DNA of 64,000 nucleotides, from the sequence record OZ035795.1; one strand, given 5' to 3'. This DNA is from Krischvirus LF73P4. The position numbers and the translations under genes were made by a program. The notes below the pieces were generated by a model, which saw only the letters and a list, made by a program, of their open reading frames with translations, did not search any database and was not told where the DNA came from. This document shows, one piece after another, positions 56,793 through 64,000 of this stretch; the first letter of the stretch is position 1; the number at the start of each line of letters is the position of its first letter.

Positions 56793-56850
56793 CGAAACAA
56801 ATTTTCTATTATTCTAAAGATCTTTCTTCGTTTTGGTTATGTTTTAACCA
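56793..56850. repeat. intergenic repeat, copy C
   Basis: ccgaaacaaattttctattattctaaagatctttcttcgttttggttat; lies between the gene 35 terminator and gene 3. Confidence 0.6.
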
Positions 56851-56856
56851 ACTGTA

Positions 56857-56887
56857 TAAAAATAAAGCCGACCACGAGGATCGGCTT
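56857..56887 (-). terminator. rho-independent terminator after gene 35
   Basis: AGCCGA-loop-TCGGCT with A-run on plus. Confidence 0.5.
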
Positions 56888-56897
56888 GTTAAAAATG

Positions 56898-58037
56898 TTA
56901 ATCAACATCGAACTCTTTAAAGTTGTTGGATGTGATATGTTTATTGTCTCTAGGTAATTTAAGAAGACTCATAACAGGGTTATCGAAATTGCCGTTATCC
57001 TGAATGTGAGTTGTTCTAATACCGTTAACACCAAATGAAGTAGGACCAGTAGTTTTGACGACTCCACTGATCGGCGTTATTAGTATGTTTCTAATTTTAA
57101 CAATACCTTCATTTGAGTTGGTTGGATATCTGATACAACCAGTGGTAACACTATCAACTCCTTCCGGTACGGTATAGACGGCTTCAAACTTTTCCCATTG
57201 ATCTTTCTGGCTGGCATTATAACGAACGCCAGTTTGATATTGTCCATCAGTGAAGTAGTTGTGATAGAAACGCGCTGTTACGTTGGCTGCGGCTGCGGCA
57301 CTATCACGGAACAATTCAAAGGATATTGATAGTTTGTCACCTGCCTTTATGTTAAAATCTTCAAGTGGTGCGCTGATCTCATCATGAGGCCATTGTATTA
57401 GCTCGAAATGTTCGGCATCTTCGCTAACATATTCAACCGGATAATCTAAAAATCGTTGTGGTGTTCCTGTTATTGCAAGATCGTCTATAGTATCATAAAC
57501 TTTCTCGATCTGTATAGACGAATCTTGACCTTCCCCGTTCGTTGCTTGCATCCCTTCGCACACAATTTTGCCCATTTTAGTAGAATAAATTGCTGCATAG
57601 GATATACGAGGCATTTGCTGTAGCAAAATGTGATTCGGGAATGATACAGATCCCATCTTAGAGAATACAACATCACTTATCGGATCTGCAAACAATTCTC
57701 CATGCGTTGCCATCGCAATGATATAGTCACCTTTCAGCAAAGAGAGATAATCACGCATTGCCAAAACAGCACCGCGACCATAGAATACCTTTTCTTCGTG
57801 TAGTTGTCCAGTTGGAGTAAGAACTTTAAAATTTAGGCCATTTTCATAGCCAGTGCCAACTATCTCCACTCCATTAAATCTAATCCTTGCTGGTTTGGAA
57901 GAATCCGCATTAGATCCGCGCACTTCCAGCTTATACATCACAGAGTTGTTTTCTGAAATGCTTGTAAATGTCGCGGAGTCTTCGTCGAAATGCGCAAACT
58001 TAATTCCAGTATTGCGTAATTCTATCTCTTGTGTCAT
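56898..58037 (-). CDS. 35: long tail fibre hinge protein gp35
   Basis: 379 aa; C-terminal FGVNGIR as in T4 gp35; follows gene 34. Confidence 0.7.
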   Translation of the reverse strand: MTQEIELRNTGIKFAHFDEDSATFTSISENNSVMYKLEVRGSNADSSKPARIRFNGVEIVGTGYENGLNFKVLTPTGQLHEEKVFYGRGAVLAMRDYLSLLKGDYIIAMATHGELFADPISDVVFSKMGSVSFPNHILLQQMPRISYAAIYSTKMGKIVCEGMQATNGEGQDSSIQIEKVYDTIDDLAITGTPQRFLDYPVEYVSEDAEHFELIQWPHDEISAPLEDFNIKAGDKLSISFELFRDSAAAAANVTARFYHNYFTDGQYQTGVRYNASQKDQWEKFEAVYTVPEGVDSVTTGCIRYPTNSNEGIVKIRNILITPISGVVKTTGPTSFGVNGIRTTHIQDNGNFDNPVMSLLKLPRDNKHITSNNFKEFDVD

Positions 58038-58071
58038 AATAACCCCATAGGGGGGCTTTCGCCCCCTTTAA

Positions 58072-61000
58072 TTAGTCTTCCCAGATAAAATCTACGGTAC
58101 GAGTCAAATTATTGGCAATAATTTTAACATTACCAACCTTGATCCAATCACGAACCGTCATAGAGTTCATCAAACCACCTTCGGCAACCACTGCCCCGAT
58201 TTCCTGAGCGGTAGGCTTGTTCTGTTTGGTGTAAATTTCGCCCCATGCAGTCCATTGACCATCTGTACCGGAACGGATATAATGCTTATGAGTACCATCA
58301 GGCGACCAGATTTGGGTAAGGCCGTTTTCATCAGTACCCCATTGCATCAATGTACCATTTTTCTTTTCTGGGTAGGTTTCTTTGATGTTTTGGGTAGTAA
58401 CTCGCATATTCCAGAAACCGATGTTACCGATTGCCGGAGCGGTTGCCGCGCTAGCTTCATGCTTAACAGAAACAATAGGCGCATTATCCATAGTCAGCTT
58501 ACCGACCATTGTATCGCCAGCATTCTTAACAAACTGACGGTTAAGAACTTCGTCAGCGTTTCCTGCGTGTACGATCTGATATTTCTGTCCGGCGATCTCT
58601 GTAGTTAACGTTTGATGACCTGCCTTGATGTTAACACTTCCACCGTGACCGATATTCAGCATACCATCAGAGGAACGAGTCATCGCCGGATTAGACTGAT
58701 CAACAATGTACAAACCGCCTTGTTTCGCATACAGGTTACGACCTGCAATAAAGTCTCTATAGGCTAACGCATCGCCGTCATGTTCCATAGCAAAGGAGTA
58801 ATGCTCGACGACTCCACCATCACTGATTTTACCGAAAGCGATAGCATCACTATCAACGACTTGCGCTGTTCCAGTACCACCAACGATAATAGACCATGAG
58901 TTTTCCATACCTTCCGATGCGGTTGTGCCATGCAGAGTAATTCCGGTGTGACCGTCAACTCCACGCTCACCCAACACCAGATGACCATTACTCGGATCAT
59001 CAGTAGAGTTCTTAGTCACAGACAGAGTTTCAAAGGAACCAGATTTTAAGCACTCTAAATCGCCCTTCACGTTAACGTTTTTATTAAACGTGTAATTGCT
59101 CTCTATGATCTGGTCAATGTCTCTACGCGCCCATTTAGCGGCCTCTACGTTACCCAATTTCAAACTATTCTGAGCGGTTGCCATCTTAGGTAAGAAATTA
59201 GCAAGTGCGTAGTTTAATCCTTTCGGAGTAACAGCAATTCCGTCATGCTGGTAGTTTCCTAGTTCTTGAGTAGAACCTTGCAGATTATCACCAACAAAAC
59301 AGTTTTCCTGAGTAGCAACTTTCAAGAATCCACGACGCGCTTCGGTTGCTTTCCATGTATCCTCTGTCTGAACAACATATTTGAAGTTCTTCGGAGAAAT
59401 TGCTACATTAGCCAGTGTACCAGCCACGGTTTCGGCTTGAGTACCAACTCGGATAATACCTTCTTTACCTTCGGTGGCTTTTTTGCCTTGCAGCTTTTTA
59501 GGCGTGATGATTGTAGTATCATCTTGACCAGCGTCAGTAAGCTGACTAGTTGCAACTTTCGCGACACCTTTTGTATCTTCGGTTGCATCAAGACCACTGA
59601 TCATGATACCCTGCCACAAGTCACCAGTAAGGTTAAGTCCTTGAGTCGGATCTACTTTCAAACGCTGTGCGTTCTCAAAGAAGGTTTTAATCTTCAATGG
59701 AGTAGAAATGCGAGCGTCGTCACGACCTGCGTCAAATTCCGGTTGAGTTGCAATTTCTGCTAAACCATGTAAAGTTTCCGTAGCACGGCGAGTATGCAGT
59801 TTTTTAGGTGTGATAATATGGTTATCACTTTGGCCTAAGTTAGTTTCTTCCTGCGTAGCAATTTCAGCGATACCAGTACGGGATTCGGTAGCAGTACGCT
59901 TGGTTAACGTGCGAGTAGTGATCAGCAATGCATCTTGCGGGGTTGATTCAGTAGCCCCTTGCACTTCCGCGTCAGTTGCCAGATACCCAACACCACGAGA
60001 AGTTTCAGTAGCTTTAACTTCGTTGATGTTTTGCGGAGTAACGATTTTAGCGTGGTCGTTGATGTTATAGATCCCTGTACCAGCTTCACCCCTTAGAGCG
60101 GCAGCATTACCGCCTACCTGAACAATTTCAGCGATACCAGCAAGATCCTCTGACGCTCGACGCTCTTCTAACTTCTTAGGAGTGATTGCGCGAGTATCGT
60201 CTAAACCTTCGTTGGTTTCATGTTGAGTTGCAATTTCCATCACACCACGACGGTCTTCGGTAGCAACACAGTCATTTAACTTTTTAGGTGTAACGATAAC
60301 ATCATCCAGGAAGCTGGAACCAGTATCTTGATGCGTTTCCGCTTGAGTTGCAATGCGAGCAATACCGCGTCGAGTTTCGTTGGCTGTTTTATTAGCCAGA
60401 ACCTTTGGAGTCACCGCAACTTCGTCGCTAGGATTATCTTCATGGTTTTTGTTTGTTTCATCCTGGGTAGCCAGTGCAATTACACCAACACGATCTTTAC
60501 GTGTAGGATCTACTCGTTCTACAATCGGGTGAGCATGTGCAACCAACCAGTATTTCTTACCATCATCACCTTCTGAATAAGAGAACTCCAGATAAGGTAC
60601 ATAATCATTTGCAGCGTTGAAAGACAATTCAGACACTCCCGTCCATGTATCGGTCCCATTGAATGGGTACTCGCTACGCTTAGGAAACTGAACCATGTTT
60701 TTCTGCATAAGGATTTTTGTATCCTCTTCTGAGGTAACGATTCGGCAAGTCTGGTTTCCGTGCATATACTGCATAGAAACTTGGATACGATCACCCGGCT
60801 CGACATTGGTCGGTAAAGTCAAGGTAACATCACGATCACCAAATACTGCAACATAGCTATTAGGGGATAAGCGAGTATCACTAATGATAGGATTCAAGCG
60901 AACAGACTGATCGCCATCCCACAAACGCCATAAGTTTTCCGGTTTGTCAAAGATGAATACACCATGACCGCTACGCTTACCAACAATTTCTTTTACCCCG

Positions 61001-61812
61001 AAAGTACCGATCGATTGTTCTTGCGCACCTTCATGTACTTTTACTGTAACATGGTTGGTTGCAGTCAATCCGTCAAGATCGGTAGTCTGGATCATATCAC
61101 CGTTATTAGCAAACTTAGGAAGCATCAAAACAATGTTACCTAAAGAACTACGACGGAATACCTGATCACCGTTTTGCATCTGAATCGGATCAATAGATGG
61201 CTGTGCATATACCCCGCGCGGCTCCGTTCCCGTCTGGTAAACGTGCCAGCGATTGCGAACAAAAATGAAGTAGTTCATTGCATAAGGGGTAGTACAATAC
61301 CATTTGCGGTTGTTTACCACACCGTTATGATAGAACTCATGACCAGCCGCAAGGAACGATAACTCATTAACACCGCACTTGCCACCGATATCTTTTACTG
61401 TTATAGTGTCGCCCTCTGCCGGATTAGTAGGCATTGAGAATGTCAAGTTTGCAAACTGACAGTCCGCTGCGATATAATCACCGGACTTTAAAGGAGTATC
61501 GCCGGAAGTTGCTGCAACATAATCCCAACGTGGGTCCGTGCGCAGTGCTTGCCATTTAGTCGGGTCAAAGTCACCTGCTGGTTTTGCGATATCTTCTTTT
61601 GCATAATACGGACGGTTTTGATAGATTGTAGTTCCGTATTGATCATAACCGCGAGTTGTGTCATACTGAGTAATACCATTATGGTAATTGAAAAATTCAA
61701 CGTTGACCGCATCCGTTGATGTGTTTTTATCTGCGTATGCTACATTGACGACCTTTTCATTACCAGCGTCAAAGCCAAATGTGGCCTTGAAATGTTGAGA
61801 AAAATCTGCCAT
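58072..61812 (-). CDS. 34: long tail fibre proximal subunit gp34
   Basis: 1246 aa; N-terminus, ATQ.ET..G.DD..ITPKKL repeats and C-terminal GNVKII..FIWED match recalled T4 gp34; TATAAATA upstream. Confidence 0.92.
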   Translation of the reverse strand: MADFSQHFKATFGFDAGNEKVVNVAYADKNTSTDAVNVEFFNYHNGITQYDTTRGYDQYGTTIYQNRPYYAKEDIAKPAGDFDPTKWQALRTDPRWDYVAATSGDTPLKSGDYIAADCQFANLTFSMPTNPAEGDTITVKDIGGKCGVNELSFLAAGHEFYHNGVVNNRKWYCTTPYAMNYFIFVRNRWHVYQTGTEPRGVYAQPSIDPIQMQNGDQVFRRSSLGNIVLMLPKFANNGDMIQTTDLDGLTATNHVTVKVHEGAQEQSIGTFGVKEIVGKRSGHGVFIFDKPENLWRLWDGDQSVRLNPIISDTRLSPNSYVAVFGDRDVTLTLPTNVEPGDRIQVSMQYMHGNQTCRIVTSEEDTKILMQKNMVQFPKRSEYPFNGTDTWTGVSELSFNAANDYVPYLEFSYSEGDDGKKYWLVAHAHPIVERVDPTRKDRVGVIALATQDETNKNHEDNPSDEVAVTPKVLANKTANETRRGIARIATQAETHQDTGSSFLDDVIVTPKKLNDCVATEDRRGVMEIATQHETNEGLDDTRAITPKKLEERRASEDLAGIAEIVQVGGNAAALRGEAGTGIYNINDHAKIVTPQNINEVKATETSRGVGYLATDAEVQGATESTPQDALLITTRTLTKRTATESRTGIAEIATQEETNLGQSDNHIITPKKLHTRRATETLHGLAEIATQPEFDAGRDDARISTPLKIKTFFENAQRLKVDPTQGLNLTGDLWQGIMISGLDATEDTKGVAKVATSQLTDAGQDDTTIITPKKLQGKKATEGKEGIIRVGTQAETVAGTLANVAISPKNFKYVVQTEDTWKATEARRGFLKVATQENCFVGDNLQGSTQELGNYQHDGIAVTPKGLNYALANFLPKMATAQNSLKLGNVEAAKWARRDIDQIIESNYTFNKNVNVKGDLECLKSGSFETLSVTKNSTDDPSNGHLVLGERGVDGHTGITLHGTTASEGMENSWSIIVGGTGTAQVVDSDAIAFGKISDGGVVEHYSFAMEHDGDALAYRDFIAGRNLYAKQGGLYIVDQSNPAMTRSSDGMLNIGHGGSVNIKAGHQTLTTEIAGQKYQIVHAGNADEVLNRQFVKNAGDTMVGKLTMDNAPIVSVKHEASAATAPAIGNIGFWNMRVTTQNIKETYPEKKNGTLMQWGTDENGLTQIWSPDGTHKHYIRSGTDGQWTAWGEIYTKQNKPTAQEIGAVVAEGGLMNSMTVRDWIKVGNVKIIANNLTRTVDFIWED

Positions 61813-61840
61813 TATTGGGTCTCCTTTTATAGTATGTTCA

Positions 61841-61848
61841 TATTTATA
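61841..61848 (-). promoter_or_regulatory. T4-type late promoter TATAAATA
   Basis: Plus-strand TATTTATA (TATAAATA on minus) upstream of gene 34. Confidence 0.6.
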
Positions 61849-61886
61849 AAATAAGGCTTGATAGAAACAAAAGAGGATGATATATT

Positions 61887-62072
61887 ATGGTTAAAGTTGA
61901 TTTGTCAGACGGTGCAAAATGGGTAGTTGACCGAATCCCTGATAAGGATTACAATTATTTTCGCGCAGAACTAAACAATGCAATTCTGCGAGTTATGGAG
62001 AAATACGGGTATGATCGTGAAGTATCTAGCTCGTTTGATGAGTCTGTTGTTGTGAGAGTGGAGAGAACTTAA
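61887..62072 (+). CDS. small hypothetical protein
   Basis: 61 aa; AAGAGGA RBS; immediately upstream of rnh. Confidence 0.45.
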   Translation: MVKVDLSDGAKWVVDRIPDKDYNYFRAELNNAILRVMEKYGYDREVSSSFDESVVVRVERT

Positions 62073-62074
62073 TT

Positions 62075-63022
62075 ATGACGTATAACCCGTTTACAAAAAC
62101 TACCGCTACACTTAATGATTTCTTTGATGATCCAGAAGATAAACTGCCGGAAGGTGTGCATTTGATTGATATGTCGCAGCTTATGATTGCTACTATCTCG
62201 CATACCTTTAAACCGGAAGATCCTATTAATGAAGGCATGATCCGTCATCTTATTCTTGACACCATGCGTTATAATATGACAAAATTCAAAGATCAATACC
62301 CAATCACGGTACTTGCTTTTGATTCAAGCAAAGGTTACTGGCGACGTGATATCGCACCTTACTATAAACGCAACCGTAAGGAAAAACGAGACGCAGATCC
62401 GCGTGATTGGGAGATGATCTTTGCTGCGATCAATAAGATCACCGAAGAGTTTAAAGAGAACATGCCTTATCACGTTATTAAGGTTGACAAAGTTGAAGCA
62501 GATGATATAATCGCTGTGTTAACTAAAAAGTTTTCTGTAGAAGGTCGTAAGGTGCTAATCAACTCCGGCGATGGTGACTACACACAGTTGCACAAATACA
62601 AAAATGTGAAACAGTGGGCGCCAGTACAGAAAGCATGGAAGAAATGCAAATATGGTAGCCCTTACAAAGACCTTATGGTAAAATGTGTTAAGGGTGACGC
62701 AAAAGACGGTGTGGCTTCTGTCAAGTGTCGTAGTGATTTCATTATCTCTCGACTGGAAGGGGAACGAGCTAAACCAGTTCCAACCAAATGGTTGGAGCAA
62801 ATTTTCGATGCCGATGATCCAAAGTCTTTGATGACAGAGGAAGAAGCACGACGATTTGACGAAAACCGCGAACTTATTGATTTCGATTACATCCCAGATG
62901 ATATTCAGAATCAGATTCTGGAGTCATGGGAAAAATCTAAACCAGCACCACGCGGTAAAATTTATAACTATTTTGTAACAAATGCGTTAGTTAAAATGTT
63001 GCAGAAAATTAGTGAGTTCTAA
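62075..63022 (+). CDS. rnh: RNase H (5'-3' exonuclease / flap endonuclease)
   Basis: Collinear with recalled T4 RNase H (GYWRRD, MPY..K.EADD, SSDGDFTQLHKY, VLIDFDYIPD, PRGKIY.YFV). Confidence 0.93.
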   Translation: MTYNPFTKTTATLNDFFDDPEDKLPEGVHLIDMSQLMIATISHTFKPEDPINEGMIRHLILDTMRYNMTKFKDQYPITVLAFDSSKGYWRRDIAPYYKRNRKEKRDADPRDWEMIFAAINKITEEFKENMPYHVIKVDKVEADDIIAVLTKKFSVEGRKVLINSGDGDYTQLHKYKNVKQWAPVQKAWKKCKYGSPYKDLMVKCVKGDAKDGVASVKCRSDFIISRLEGERAKPVPTKWLEQIFDADDPKSLMTEEEARRFDENRELIDFDYIPDDIQNQILESWEKSKPAPRGKIYNYFVTNALVKMLQKISEF

Positions 63023-63032
63023 GGGTTGACAT

Positions 63033-63632
63033 ATGAAAGAACTTGAATTAAAATACTATGCACACTCACAAATTGGCGTCGAAACCATCTGTGATTTGTG
63101 GGTGGCAATGTATGACGGATACAATCTCTTAGACCGAGATAACATTCTAAAACACGAATTTTATTATGATACCGAAGATCATGCGCTACGTCAAAAAGGA
63201 ATTTATGCACGACTTGACTGTCGAAAATCAGAGATCATGGTCAAAATGGGTGATAATGAATCTGGACTATTCAACCGCGAGGAAATGACATTTTCAAATT
63301 GGGATGAGTTTGTCCATTTTATTGATAGTATAGGGGTAAACTCAGACTATATCACTACAACAATGCAAGTAATGACATATCGCAAGTCATTGACTATAGA
63401 TATGGGTTGTGGTATAGTGGAAATGTGCAAAGACACTTTCTATTATGGCAAAGTAGGCGAAGGATTGGGCGACACTGCTCATTATGAACTTGAGTTCGAG
63501 TTAAAATCAGGTGATGAAAAAGCACTTGACATTATCCGAGAAATGATGCTAGAATATGTGGGTGACGATTTACGTCCTAGCGAAATCTCAAAAGCTGAAC
63601 GTGGTTTTCAATTAATGACGAAAGAGGGTTAA
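63033..63632 (+). CDS. CYTH-domain protein (triphosphate tunnel metalloenzyme-like)
   Basis: N-terminal E-x-E-x-K (KELELKY) and C-terminal ELEFELK; about 200 aa. Confidence 0.5.
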   Translation: MKELELKYYAHSQIGVETICDLWVAMYDGYNLLDRDNILKHEFYYDTEDHALRQKGIYARLDCRKSEIMVKMGDNESGLFNREEMTFSNWDEFVHFIDSIGVNSDYITTTMQVMTYRKSLTIDMGCGIVEMCKDTFYYGKVGEGLGDTAHYELEFELKSGDEKALDIIREMMLEYVGDDLRPSEISKAERGFQLMTKEG

Positions 63633-63636
63633 TATT

Positions 63637-63912
63637 ATGACTGAACAGAAAAAAGAAAAAGTAGTATTTGACGAAAATGTACACGGAAATACCCTGGCAC
63701 AACTGATTAAAGAAGCCAGCGATCAGAAAACCATTCAAGAAGCATACGGCGATAAGATCAAAGAGATCAAACAGCGTGCTAAAGAAGAATTAGGCGTAGA
63801 CGGTAAAATGTGGGGCATTCTGTTTAAACTGTATCACCAGCAACAGCGCGAAACCTTCGAAGCAGAACGCGATGAAGCGGTAGAACTCTATGATCGGGTG
63901 TTCAATGCTTAA
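63637..63912 (+). CDS. small protein at the T4 dsbA position
   Basis: 91 aa between rnh and gene 33; identity not verified. Confidence 0.4.
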   Translation: MTEQKKEKVVFDENVHGNTLAQLIKEASDQKTIQEAYGDKIKEIKQRAKEELGVDGKMWGILFKLYHQQQRETFEAERDEAVELYDRVFNA

Positions 63913-64000
63913 TGAACATGCGGTAAAAGCCGCGAATAAAACAGCAAACGGTCTTGCAATCGAAAAACTGGTTGTTGAAGAGGGATTGACTTATCTTGAA
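63905..64000 (+). CDS. 33: late-transcription accessory protein gp33, 5' partial
   Basis: GLAIEKLVVEEGLTYLE matches recalled T4 gp33 GFIIEKMVEEFGMSYLE; runs off the window. Confidence 0.6.
   Translation, partial: MLNEHAVKAANKTANGLAIEKLVVEEGLTYLE

Noticed and set aside
59266-60576. Plus-strand ORFs of 165, 86 and 82 aa
   Set aside because: Antisense to the gene 34 tail-fibre gene.

Overview
This window reads as a segment of a T4-type (Tevenvirinae-like) myovirus genome, about 40% GC by eye. All calls rest on reading the ORF translations and on T4 protein sequences and gene order recalled from memory; no searches were run. Plus strand 30-12292: late morphogenesis genes in T4 order (16, 17, 18, 19, 20, 67, 68, 21, 22, 23, 24) with TATAAATA late promoters and hairpin terminators. 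12293-29886: a variable block (SLOG/DprA-like gene, direct repeats, hoc plus a Hoc-like paralog) followed by uvsW, uvsY, the baseplate/tail genes 25, 26, 51, 27, 28, 29, 48, 54 and alt with a second ADP-ribosyltransferase. 29954-54651: minus-strand hyperplastic early regions of about 80 small ORFs, punctuated by 21 copies of a conserved promoter/stem-loop/leader cassette that resembles the PeSL elements reported for RB49-group T4-type phages. These regions carry several paralogous families and accessory genes: a DUF262 + Zn-ribbon + C5-methyltransferase-like operon, a Dps-like protein, tk, a macro-domain protein, a lytic transglycosylase, regB, a nucleotidyltransferase-fold protein, an HNH homing endonuclease, a GrcA-like protein and an M15 peptidase. 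54693-64000: 57B (Acb1-like), 57A, 1, 3, then tail-fibre genes 35 and 34, then rnh, a CYTH-domain protein, a dsbA-position ORF and the start of gene 33. Gene order departs from T4 in several places. No rRNA, tRNA or CRISPR array was identified.
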